Assembly (NCBI GenBank): GCA_963827655.1
Contig: CAWHCF010000026.1
Coordinates: 274,708 to 338,707 of the forward strand
DNA: 64,000 nucleotides
Direction of reading: 5' to 3'
From: an uncultured Acidobacteriota bacterium
GTDB taxonomy: Bacteria; Acidobacteriota; UBA6911
The position numbers and the translations under genes were made by a program. A model generated the notes under the pieces. It was not told where the DNA came from. It worked only from the letters and a program-made list of their open reading frames with translations, and did not search any database. Positions 44,513 to 53,990 of the stretch are shown here, piece after piece (within the stretch, counting starts at the first letter, position 1; each line of letters starts with the position of its first letter).

Positions 44513-45613
44513 ATGACGACAACCAGACGAATCTTCATCGTGTCGCTCGCCCTGGCCTGCGTCTCGGGCTACCAGAGGTCGCCGGGCCCCGCGCATGTGA
44601 TCGTGTCCAAGGAACCGGGGCGATTCGGCGGCTGGCCGGCCAACAACGGGATCTGGTCGTGGGGGAACGAAATCGTCGTCGGCTTCGTGTGGGGATACTT
44701 CAAGAACACCGAAAGAGGGCACGCCATCGACGGAGAGAAGCCGTCTCTGCTGCGCTTTGCGCGCAGCCTCGATGGTGGCGAAACCTGGCGAGTCGAGGTG
44801 CCGTCGTTTCTGGATGACCAGGGCGGAGAGAGGGATCCGCTCGATTATCCCGGCGGGATCGACTTCAGCAATCCGGATTTCGCCATGCGGGTGCGGATGA
44901 ATGCAAACGGCGCCGCCCCCTCGCGCATCTATTACTCGACCGACCGCTGCAAGACCTGGCAAGGCCCCTACAAGCTCCCGATGTTCGGGCAGAAGCGGAT
45001 CATGGCGAGGACGGATTATCTGGTCAACGGGCCGGGCGATCTGATGGCCTTCGTCACCGCCTCGAAGCAGGACGGCAGGGAGGGGCGAGTCTTCTGTACG
45101 CGAACCATCGACGGCGGCAAGACGTGGGAGTTCGTCTCGTGGATCGGCCCTGAACCCAAGGGCTTCTCGATCATGTCGGCTTCGGTCCGGCTTTCACCGT
45201 CGAGGATATTGAGCACCATCCGGTGCAAGGAAGGGCCTTCGCACTGGATCGAAGGGTGGTTGTCGGAAGATAACGGGAAAAGCTGGAACTTTCTCAACCG
45301 GCCTGCGGAGTCGACCGGGGGGTCGCAGGGAAATCCCTCGAGCTTGACCAGACTGAAAGACGGCCGTCTGGCGATTACTTATGGGTATCGCTCGGAACCC
45401 TTTGGGATGCGGGCCCGGCTGAGCAGCGACGAAGGCCGCACTTGGGGCACGGAGCGCATCCTGCGCGACGATGGAGGTTGCTGGGATCTGGGATATCCCA
45501 GGAGCGTTCAGCGGCCCGACGGGAAGATCGTCACGGTCTATTACTTCAACGACCGGAAGGACAGCGAGAGGTACATCGCGGCGACGATCTGGGATCCTGG
45601 GAGCGGACAGTAG
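44513..45613 (+). CDS. Secreted BNR/Asp-box (sialidase-fold) protein (copy A)
   Basis: Asp boxes SLDGGETW, STDRCKTW, TIDGGKTW, SEDNGKSW, SSDEGRTW; DLGYP. Confidence 0.85.
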   Translation: MTTTRRIFIVSLALACVSGYQRSPGPAHVIVSKEPGRFGGWPANNGIWSWGNEIVVGFVWGYFKNTERGHAIDGEKPSLLRFARSLDGGETWRVEVPSFLDDQGGERDPLDYPGGIDFSNPDFAMRVRMNANGAAPSRIYYSTDRCKTWQGPYKLPMFGQKRIMARTDYLVNGPGDLMAFVTASKQDGREGRVFCTRTIDGGKTWEFVSWIGPEPKGFSIMSASVRLSPSRILSTIRCKEGPSHWIEGWLSEDNGKSWNFLNRPAESTGGSQGNPSSLTRLKDGRLAITYGYRSEPFGMRARLSSDEGRTWGTERILRDDGGCWDLGYPRSVQRPDGKIVTVYYFNDRKDSERYIAATIWDPGSGQ

Positions 45614-45615
45614 CG

Positions 45616-46566
45616 TCAGCTTTTCCCGGCACTGGCGATCCGCGACTTCAGCTCGGCCTTCTCCTCGGTTTTCAGCTCCATGAACGGAGGCCTGCAATAG
45701 GTCTCCCGCAGCCCGAGCTCGCCCAGGGCGAACTTCATCTTGGGGATATCACTGGGAAAAACTTTCGCGGCTGCGTCGAGCCGCGCCTGCGCTGCAGCCA
45801 GATCGTTGCCGGCGCGGTGCTCCCGGAAAACGGCCGCGGTTTCTGCCGGGATGACATTCCCGTTCCCTGTGATGGCGCCACCGCCGCCGTTCTGAAGCGC
45901 CATGCTGATCAGCCGGGGCGACCCCGTCAGGATTTTGAGCTTGGGAAACTCCTTTATGAAGTCGAGCAAGCCTTGCTGATTGCCGGAGGAATCCTTGATG
46001 CCGTAGAGCTTCTCGTACCGCGACAGGCGTCGAACCAGCTCCGGTGTGATGGGGACCCCGCTGGTTGCCGGGATGTGGTAGAGCAGCACGGGTATCCGAG
46101 CCTTCTCGAGCACGGGGACGTAGAAGGCTTCCAGTCCCTCCACGCTCGGATTCTTGTAGTAGTAGGGAGGGAGGACCAGCGCTTTGTCCGCCCCCGCGCG
46201 CGCGGCGTGATCCAGCAGCTCCAGGGTCTCGGGAAGATTCGGGGTCGCGACGTGGCACATCACGTCGAGGTTTCCGCGGTGCTGGACCATCACCTCCAGA
46301 ATCTTTTTGCGCTCGGCAACCGAGAACGAGCTGAACTCTCCCGTGGTTCCCAGCACGAGAACACCATCGACGCCGTGGCTCTGCAAATAGGCGAGGAGGT
46401 CGCGCGCGAGCCCCCCGTCGAATGCTCCCTTCCGGTCGACCGGGGTCAGCGCAGCGACGTAGAACTGCGGTCCTGACCGCGCCGGTTTCGGGACGGCCCA
46501 ACCGGCGGCTTGCGCAACGGTGACAGCCCCCAGACTGCTCAAGAAAGTTCGGCGGGTTGCCTGCAT
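45616..46566 (-). CDS. DHDPS/NanA family class I aldolase with Tat signal (copy A)
   Basis: TRRTFL leader, GTTGE, LYHIP, GIKDSSG. Confidence 0.88.
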   Translation of the reverse strand: MQATRRTFLSSLGAVTVAQAAGWAVPKPARSGPQFYVAALTPVDRKGAFDGGLARDLLAYLQSHGVDGVLVLGTTGEFSSFSVAERKKILEVMVQHRGNLDVMCHVATPNLPETLELLDHAARAGADKALVLPPYYYKNPSVEGLEAFYVPVLEKARIPVLLYHIPATSGVPITPELVRRLSRYEKLYGIKDSSGNQQGLLDFIKEFPKLKILTGSPRLISMALQNGGGGAITGNGNVIPAETAAVFREHRAGNDLAAAQARLDAAAKVFPSDIPKMKFALGELGLRETYCRPPFMELKTEEKAELKSRIASAGKS

Positions 46567-46680
46567 GGTGTCTTCCTCCTCGTCGTGGATATCTGGCACG
46601 ATCCAATCAGCGACGTCCGCTCTTCGGCGTCGCAGCCGCGGCGCTGACGCGCGTCGCGCGTGCTCAGATGGCTTACACGT

Positions 46681-46724
46681 GTTTGTATCGCGAAGCCGTC
46701 ACCGGAACAAGCGAATTCCCGCAG
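46681..46724 (-). promoter_or_regulatory. ~44-bp promoter-like direct repeat, copy 1 of 3
   Basis: Core ACCGGAACAAGCGAATTCCCGCAG is identical at 46701, 48322 and 60823; minus strand reads TTGTTC-17-TACAAA. Confidence 0.6.
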
Positions 46725-46910
46725 CAATCGGCGCGGTCGGTGGCTACACTACGATTCGGCATCAATTGGTTGGGATAGCGACTTGGATGAATGTCTTTAG
46801 GGCCAAACAGCGCGAGAGGGACTTGCGGACCCTGGCTATTCCATCCGTGGGCAGGGTGGGGTGGAAGCTTCTGGGACACGGTACTACTTCGCTTCCTCGA
46901 AAACGGTCTG

Positions 46911-48218
46911 CTACCAGTCGAGATCTCGCTCGTATCCGGTCGCGATCAGGTGGCCGCCGTACCGCGACTTGAACGACCTCTTCACCCGATCCGAAAAGTA
47001 TTGCCGCCAATCTCCGACGGCGCCTTTGCGGAGGTGAGACTCCCGATCCTCGAAGCCTCGCGGGCGGCCGCCACTAAGGGCCTGAAATCGATTCTGAACG
47101 ACGAGGTTCGCGAACGTGCCGCGATCGAGCTCGAGCCCGAAGTCATCGATCACGATCTCCGAGAGAATCTCCACGTCCCGCTCCAGCAGGTCCTCGAAGC
47201 GAATGAGTCGCTCTCCGGCTTCCGCCCAGGTCAGCTGGATCCGGGCGCAGACGGCCAACCACTCGTCCATCAGGTAAATCAGGCCATCATCGAGGTCCAT
47301 CCCCGAGAGGGCGCGACGCCACCGCACCAGGTTTCCATAAATCAGCGGATGGCTGTAACGGGCGCTGAAGTATGCGGATACCAGCGTGTCGCGCAGGTCG
47401 CGGACGACGACGAAGTGCCGTGACCCCGGCGGCGTGGCCGCGGCGTGGAACTCGTGGTACGTGACATACACCGTGGGGTACACTTTGCCCGCCTGGAGCG
47501 GCCAGTGTAGGAACTGCGTGTTGCCGAATAGAGGCGGCACGATGCGGTCTCCGAAGCACTGCAAGAGGATCCTGTACAACCATTGTGAGCCAGCCTTCCA
47601 GTGGGTCACGTGGAAGAGGGTCGGCGCGAATTCGGCATCCGGTTGTCCTCCGGTCGTCCGGGGTCCGGCCGCCAGCACCTCGAATGCGCACTCACTCGGC
47701 AGATCTACCATGCCATGATGAGTCAACTGGCCGTCGTCGCGCGGGATGACGGTGAAGTTAATGGCTCCTGGCACGCGGCATTCCTCCTGCAGGCGCGGCC
47801 CGAACCCTTCGTGTCTCAATCGGTGCCCCCGGTAGGCGTCGTATGCTTCGTCGTCGGTGGATGCGAGTCCGAGACAGATTTGGTACTCGCCGATGGCGAG
47901 CGACAGGCGCACGGTCTGATGGAACCGCAGCCGCGTTCCGGGATTGATGACGGCCGGCAGCTCCAGGCCGTACTGATAGGAGTTCTTGCCGAACACGACG
48001 CGCCCACTGGACTCGGATAGCTCGATCCCGCCGCTCGGCACCGTGATCGAATCGAGCAGGTCGAATTCGTAGAAAACGTGCGCCAGGTCTCCTTGGCGGA
48101 AGGCGGTCGTTGCGTGACCGGAGGCGTCGCATAATGCGAGTCGGCAGCAGCGAGCCCGCCGCTGGGTCAGTTGTTCGGCCTGCTCAAAGTCGATCCACGC
48201 GTCGTTCGTCGGCTCCAC
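46911..48218 (-). CDS. Wzt C-terminal-like domain fused to a sulfotransferase domain
   Basis: N-half aligns by eye to the C-domain of 30145..31617. C-half has THWKAGSQW, VRDLRDTLVS and RKGAVGDW (PAPS-binding motifs). Confidence 0.82.
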   Translation of the reverse strand: MEPTNDAWIDFEQAEQLTQRRARCCRLALCDASGHATTAFRQGDLAHVFYEFDLLDSITVPSGGIELSESSGRVVFGKNSYQYGLELPAVINPGTRLRFHQTVRLSLAIGEYQICLGLASTDDEAYDAYRGHRLRHEGFGPRLQEECRVPGAINFTVIPRDDGQLTHHGMVDLPSECAFEVLAAGPRTTGGQPDAEFAPTLFHVTHWKAGSQWLYRILLQCFGDRIVPPLFGNTQFLHWPLQAGKVYPTVYVTYHEFHAAATPPGSRHFVVVRDLRDTLVSAYFSARYSHPLIYGNLVRWRRALSGMDLDDGLIYLMDEWLAVCARIQLTWAEAGERLIRFEDLLERDVEILSEIVIDDFGLELDRGTFANLVVQNRFQALSGGRPRGFEDRESHLRKGAVGDWRQYFSDRVKRSFKSRYGGHLIATGYERDLDW

Positions 48219-48302
48219 CGCGTCTTCTCAGGCGTATCACTCATCGTGGAGTCCACTCTGGCTGCCTGGATCTTCGGACCACATCCGAAAACCTTATAGG
48301 TA

Positions 48303-48348
48303 TTTGTATCGCCAAGGCGTGACCGGAACAAGCGAATTCCCGCAGTAG
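48303..48348 (-). promoter_or_regulatory. ~44-bp promoter-like direct repeat, copy 2 of 3
   Basis: Same core as 46701; upstream of the sulfotransferase fusion. Confidence 0.6.
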
Positions 48349-48465
48349 ATTCGCGCAGTGGATGTCCACATCAGGCTCAGATCCTATGGTCTTGATCACC
48401 TGTGTCGAACACGGGAGACGTTTCAGGTCGCTCGGGGCGGATGGTAATCACGCGTCCTCCAGTCG

Positions 48466-48563
48466 GCCAAACGTTCGGCATCAGCCACGGGCGCGCTGTC
48501 ATCCTCAGACAACGGACGAACGCCAACTTTCGCGCCGCCGGCGGCTGAATGCCGTTGTTACCC
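48466..48563 (-). mobile_element. Integron attC-like site (degenerate)
   Basis: Minus strand GGGTAAC...TTCAGCCG...GGCTGATGCCGAAC-GTTTGGC. Confidence 0.65.
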
Positions 48564-48840
48564 CGCCGCCTCAAGAAGAACCCGCGGGTTCTTGTGTGCG
48601 ATTGCGAGGAGCGCGCGGGCCGGTCCTGACGGAACGCGGCGCCCCCTGCTCCCACTCCTGCAACGTTCGGACGGAAACATCGAGTAGCCGCGCAAACTCC
48701 GACTGGGACAACCCTACTCGAGCCCGGGTTTCTGAAACCGGAGGAACCGTGACGACACGGCCAATTTCCTGCGTTTGAGCCGACGAATCCCTTCCAGGAT
48801 TTCAGCTCCAATATCGCGTGGGCGCTTCTTAGGCGCTTGG
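48558..48840 (-). pseudogene. Degenerate HTH antitoxin (copy of 61830..62111)
   Basis: Aligns to the intact copy but with indels and a lost start. Confidence 0.75.
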
Positions 48841-49003
48841 TGAAACATTCAAACCACCATGTTGTCGTTCACAACGGGCCTTCCGTTCGAGGCGAAGTCC
48901 CCGAACGAACCTTCGACATCTTGCAGTCTCCTCACGAATCTTGCGCAAACATGGCGAACCAAGTATACGGCAGAGACGGACATCATGCTAAAGGGACAAA
49001 GCG

Positions 49004-49115
49004 GTCTAATGATCGGCGATGAGCGGCGGCCTGGCGACAATCGAGGTGTACCCACAAAGCTCAAACAAGACGGCTGCCAAGCCTTCCGGTTGACGGCTCG
49101 AGCGCAAAGTTGGGC
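49004..49115 (-). mobile_element. Integron attC-like site
   Basis: Minus strand GCCCAAC...CTCGAGC...GCCGCTCATCGCCGATC-ATTAGAC, right after the DUF2442 stop. Confidence 0.6.
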
Positions 49116-49118
49116 GGC

Positions 49119-49397
49119 TCAGCTCACCGCTGCGTCTTTAGCATTCGGCCGCCGTGCCGGCACGCCCGTCAGCATTCCCTGGGCGCTGAGGTCTTCATCG
49201 ATATCCGGCCAATGCACTCCCTGACCATCACCAATGATCTCGTAGTGCGCCCTTTGTTCGGGCGTAGCGTCCGAGAGCCGCCATGACCATGCCAGTGGAA
49301 CACTCACCGTCCGACCATCTACGAGTTCGAATGTGATCCTGTCATCCGTCACTGACACTGCCTTTACACGCGGTTCGATGCTAATTACAGTGCTCAT
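49119..49397 (-). CDS. DUF2442 family protein (copy A)
   Basis: L.DGR..SVPLAW..RL..AT.EQR..Y....G.GVHWPDIDEDLS. Confidence 0.85.
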   Translation of the reverse strand: MSTVISIEPRVKAVSVTDDRITFELVDGRTVSVPLAWSWRLSDATPEQRAHYEIIGDGQGVHWPDIDEDLSAQGMLTGVPARRPNAKDAAVS

Positions 49398-49517
49398 CCC
49401 ATGCCTCGATAATCTTCGCCAGGCTGGAGCGAATCTGGTTTCGAATCGTTGTCAATTCACGCGGTGAGATGTAGAAGAAGAATCGATAGGGTCGGCAATG
49501 TCCTTGATGCGCGTCAT
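49381..49517 (-). pseudogene. DUF4160 gene with ~100-nt internal deletion
   Basis: Matches both ends of intact 62847..63083. Confidence 0.8.
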
Positions 49518-49680
49518 GCACTTTTCATTCATTTCGCGGAGTCCGAACACGGCTTACTTTAGCACACCGACGCTAGTGAGCTAGCGTACAAGTTTCTTTC
49601 CGGAGGCGCTTGCCGGAATGACTGTTGGCAGGCGCTGGACAGAGATTCATCGGACGGTGCGCCCCTTCTACGGATAGTTC

Positions 49681-51023
49681 TTAGCTGCCGGAGACGAGTT
49701 CAAGCTTTTCGATTTTGAAAGAAAGAGGACGATAGTCGTCGTTGCCCAGGATTTGATGAGGCACGAGATAGGAGCTGGAATTGATTCGCAACTGGTAAGT
49801 ACCCCGGTGCGGGATTCCGATGGGCACGTGCAGTGAAAAACAAGCCGGAGTCTGGATGGTTGTTTGTGCCAGGCGTTGGTTGTCGAGATAAATCTCCAGC
49901 TGCAATGGTCTCATGGGGTCCAGGGCACCGTGGCTCCCTTCGAGGCGGATGTGTGTATGGCCTGGTTCGATCTGGAGCAGCGTATGGAATTGGGGACCAA
50001 CCCAGCCGTCGGCGTGTCGGGCGACGAAGTCCTTCCAGGCGAGAGTCTGCGGATATGAAGGAGAGCGAGCGGGTTTCCGGGGCGGGCGGCGGATTCGCCT
50101 CACTGCGTTGGCAATGCGAGGTTTCATTGCCGGAATGAGGACGACGTCGAAAACCATGTCCGGAGCTAGAATCGTGCCGGTCGTGAGATGGCCGATGGCG
50201 CCAAAATGATGCGCGCGTCGCCACATGTCCCGGCCCCTTCGGAAGTGGGAGAGGGCCCGCCCGCGCCGGTCAAGGCGGAAAAGAAGATACGAGAACGTAA
50301 GTTGCCAATAGAGAAGCGAGAGCGGACTGCCCCAATGCCGCCGGCTGACTTGAATGGCGGGTTGAAGTCTCTCGAGGTCCGCAACTGAAGCTGTGTTGTG
50401 ATCCCTCATGCAGTCGGTAAGTTGCAAGGACCCGATCGACGAAATGGAAAGTGTAATGTCTGCTCAGCCGGCAGAAAAGGTCGTAATCTGGAAGCAGATG
50501 TTCAGTGGGGTCGAACCTGCCTGCCCGCTCCCAGGCTTCGCGTGACCAGAAGACGGCCGGTTGCGGGATGCAGTTGCCCCTTCCAGATCTCCAACACCCT
50601 GCGATGGCTCTGAAAGTGGCTTGGGTGTTCAACTCCCATAAACTGTCCGTCAGAGTCCACAAACCGGCAGCGACCTAGAACGACATGTTTTCGCTGCATA
50701 TTGCCCAGTTCACGAGCGACAGTGTGAAGTGCGCCGGGGAGGAGAGTATCACCGGAGTTCAGAAATGTAAGAATGTCGCCGGTCGCCAGAGCGAAGCCCT
50801 TGTTCAAGGCGTGTGCCGGCCGGGAGTCCGGTTCTCTAACCAACACGAGATGATTGTATCGGTTGAGAATCGCACAAGTGTGATCGGTGGACATCCCGTC
50901 AACAACTATGTGTTCCACATTTGGATAGTCCTGGATGAGAACGCTTTCAATAGTCTCTTGTATGAAGCGATCCTGATTGAATGAAGGCGTAACGATCGAT
51001 ATTCGAGCCGGGGTGTTCATCAA
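49681..51023 (-). CDS. GT2 glycosyltransferase, paralog of 37852..39198; frameshifts near 50575 and 50410
   Basis: Three overlapping ORFs give TPSFNQ, HRRVLEIWKG, IPQPAVFW, DYDLFCR, DYRPLS. Confidence 0.8.
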
Positions 51024-53569
51024 CTTGATGGTTGCTGTCGAAGCCGGCGATGAAGTTTGTAAAGCAGCGCTATGATTTCGAGGGTGTGCCGTCTCCAGGA
51101 AAATTGATCCGCGCGTTGTTGGCCTCGTTCAACAAGTTCTTTCCTGAGTAGTCGGTCATTGTACAGATTGTGAACGGCTGCTGCCAATCCCTCGGCATCG
51201 CAGGGATCACGCATCAAGGCGGCCGCCCCCGCGATTTCAGGAATGCTGGTTGTGTTACTGCAGACGACGGGGCAGCCAGACGCCATCGCTTCGACGACTG
51301 GCAGCGCGAAGCCTTCGAAGATAGATGGAAACAGGAGGGAGAGAGCATTGCGATAGAGAGCTGGTAGATCGGAGGCCGGGCAGTAACCAAGAAAGCGAAC
51401 TGCATCCGTCAAATGAGCCTTGCAAATCTGCTCGTCAATTTCAGCCTGGGCCTCGCGGGCGCCACCGGTGCAGACAAGCGAGAGGGAAAGCTGATGCCGG
51501 TCTCTCAAGATCTTGATTACCTCGATGGCGGTGCGATGGTTCTTGTGCCTCCATGTGTGAGCGGGAAAGAAAAGATACTGGTTTGTCTCCAGGCCGTATT
51601 TCCTGAGGACCGCTCCGTCGGACGGACCGGAAGCGGGACTGAACCGTGGGTCTGGAGCGAGATGTACGGTTGTTACCTTGTCGGGGGGGATGCCGAAGCG
51701 CTCGATCACGGTGCGGCGGGTATATTCCGATATGGCGCAAATATGATCTGCGCGACGGGCGCCATCTGCGTAGAGTCGGTGTCGTTCCTCCAGAGCCTGA
51801 GGCGAGAAAAACTCAGGATGGTATTCATGCTGTAGATCCGGAATGAGGAGCAAATGGCGCAAGGGGGTAGTGTCGGGATAAATGTACCCCGGAAAGGAAT
51901 AAACCAGGTCCGCTTCAAGGGACCGTAAGAAGCGCAGGGTAAGTACGTCGGAAGACTGCCAGTAGTCCAGATGTAACCTGGCTGAGACAGAGCGAAGAAA
52001 ATAGCGCGCTGCGCGTTGCAGGTAGCGACCGAACGAATCTGTTGCAATAATTTTGACATTGGGGTTTCTGCGAGTGTCGAAGTCATAGCGACAGCGGGCA
52101 GGCAGGATAAGGGTGTAGAAATTGTGCCGGTCAATTGAAAGAAGATGGGGAAGGAAAGAGCGAACCAGGTTCTCGAGCCCGCCGGCCAATCCGGGCAGCA
52201 TCCAGCGCAAATCGAGTGCTACGCGCATGGGCGCTTCCGTACTGGATCGGTTCGCGACGACTTGCGCGATCTCGCGGCTGTAGTCGCGGGCGATTTGCTC
52301 TGGATCGTGATGTTGAAGAACTGTCTGACGACCGTTCATCCGGATCCTGTCGCGGAGGTCGGAGCTCTGGAGAGCGTCAACAACCGTAGCCGCCAGTTGG
52401 TTGGTACGATCGGCAATCAGGATGTTAACGCCGTCCTCATACTCCAGACCTTCGGCGCCTACGGTCGTTGAAACGACACACTTCTGCATGCCGAATGCTT
52501 CAAGTATCTTCTGGCGCGCGCCGGAGCCGAAGCGCAAGGGGACGACGACAACCGCGGCCTCGGCAATGTATGGTCGAATGTCCGGGACGCCGCCGGTGAC
52601 GTGTACGGCAGGCAGAGTGCCGAGAGCTGTGACTTGGGGTGTGGGATCACGACCGACGACGAAGAATTCGGAGTTCGGGCAAGATCGCCGAATGAGCGGA
52701 AAGACCTGGCGGGCAAAGTAAATGGCTGCATCGGCGTTGGGCGGATGATTCATGAGGCCGGTGAAGACAATTCGTCCTGGAATCTCCTTGGTGGATGGCT
52801 GCGGCTGAAAGTAGCTGGCGTCGACAGGGAGAGGTACCGTGATGACCTTGCGCGGTTTGTAGTGCAGCCGGAGCCAGTCCGCGTCATTCTTGGACACGGC
52901 CACGACAAGATCGTACTGCTGGCAGTAGTACCGCTCAAAAGCGCGATAGCGCCGCGCCTGGCGCCGGGCGACGAAACGAGACCAGAACGAAGGAGCGTGA
53001 TCCGCGCTTCGTTCGTACATGACGGCTCTGATGTCATGCATGACGAGGATGCTGACAAGAGGCCGTGGTATATAGTCAATCATTCTGGCTGCGGTGCTCT
53101 GGATTACGGAAACGACCTGCCAGTTGTTCGAGGACAGAGCCTGGAAGATACCGGAGGACATGTTTCGAAAACACCCATCCATGATTATCGTGTCGACTGG
53201 CCTGTCGGGCCACGCTTTGGAAGCCGCGACGGCGCGTTGCAGCAAGCGGTGGAGGGCCCTGAGAAGCGGGCGGGAGGATGTGTCGTGGGGTGGCAGGTCG
53301 ATGCCTGGGCTCTCCCATATGTACAGGTTCACACCCTCGTCTGCAAGGGCGCTTGCGATGCTAAGGTCGTTCCGAGTGTGTGCCATTGACACGAGGGCGA
53401 TGTGATCCACGACTCTGGCAAGATTCCTGGTAGTGAGGTATTCGACTCCGCCGCCGCCGGGGAAAACGGGCAGATGGGTATTGAGGATAAGCAGATTGAA
53501 GTGCCCGGCCGAAGGAAATTCGGTGACTGGCTCCAAATTGCCTGGCAACACATCCAATCCTTTGGCCAT
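51020..53569 (-). CDS. Two-domain GT4-GT4 glycosyltransferase, paralog of 35345..37850
   Basis: LPVFPG, FTGLMNHPPN.DAA, PLRFGSG, DLRWM.PG.AGG, FEGF.LP..EAM. Confidence 0.9.
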   Translation of the reverse strand: MAKGLDVLPGNLEPVTEFPSAGHFNLLILNTHLPVFPGGGGVEYLTTRNLARVVDHIALVSMAHTRNDLSIASALADEGVNLYIWESPGIDLPPHDTSSRPLLRALHRLLQRAVAASKAWPDRPVDTIIMDGCFRNMSSGIFQALSSNNWQVVSVIQSTAARMIDYIPRPLVSILVMHDIRAVMYERSADHAPSFWSRFVARRQARRYRAFERYYCQQYDLVVAVSKNDADWLRLHYKPRKVITVPLPVDASYFQPQPSTKEIPGRIVFTGLMNHPPNADAAIYFARQVFPLIRRSCPNSEFFVVGRDPTPQVTALGTLPAVHVTGGVPDIRPYIAEAAVVVVPLRFGSGARQKILEAFGMQKCVVSTTVGAEGLEYEDGVNILIADRTNQLAATVVDALQSSDLRDRIRMNGRQTVLQHHDPEQIARDYSREIAQVVANRSSTEAPMRVALDLRWMLPGLAGGLENLVRSFLPHLLSIDRHNFYTLILPARCRYDFDTRRNPNVKIIATDSFGRYLQRAARYFLRSVSARLHLDYWQSSDVLTLRFLRSLEADLVYSFPGYIYPDTTPLRHLLLIPDLQHEYHPEFFSPQALEERHRLYADGARRADHICAISEYTRRTVIERFGIPPDKVTTVHLAPDPRFSPASGPSDGAVLRKYGLETNQYLFFPAHTWRHKNHRTAIEVIKILRDRHQLSLSLVCTGGAREAQAEIDEQICKAHLTDAVRFLGYCPASDLPALYRNALSLLFPSIFEGFALPVVEAMASGCPVVCSNTTSIPEIAGAAALMRDPCDAEGLAAAVHNLYNDRLLRKELVERGQQRADQFSWRRHTLEIIALLYKLHRRLRQQPSS

Positions 53570-53990
53570 TCTTAACCGGGCAATTTGGTGCCTGTCACCG
53601 AATTTAAACCAGCCTGCAAAAGGGAATAATGTCGCTGTTGCCGCACCAGAAACCCGGGGGCTTATCTCAGCGGCCCTTGGTGCTAGAAAGACCTGGCCGC
53701 CTCCGGTCGCCCAATCCTGCTCAATGCCTCAGGGCAAAGCGGAAGGTCAAAATGAAATCACGGCTTACAACGACCTCCCCCGCTTCACTCTAACGTTCTC
53801 CACTGGCTGTTCCGGAGTTTAACGACGTGCGGATTCTACACCATTGAAGAGCCACAGTTGTGAAATTTGCGGAAATATCCTGCTGGCCGTCCTGGGCGGA
53901 GCCCGAAGGGCGCGTCGAGGTTTCCACACGGCTGCGGCCCAGACTCAGGCGTTGATTTTTCGAAAAGTGGCGAAGCAAGCTTTGCCAAAC

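Larger units (their letters stand above)
40945..49790. repeat. Copy A of a large direct segmental duplication (copy B ~53712-63350)
   Basis: Near-identical TonB/Asp-box/DHDPS block, shared leader, shared TA cassettes and GT2 3' end. Confidence 0.92.

Noticed and set aside
45616-46566. Gene symbols dapA or nanA
   Set aside because: Family is clear, but the Tat leader and context do not establish the substrate.
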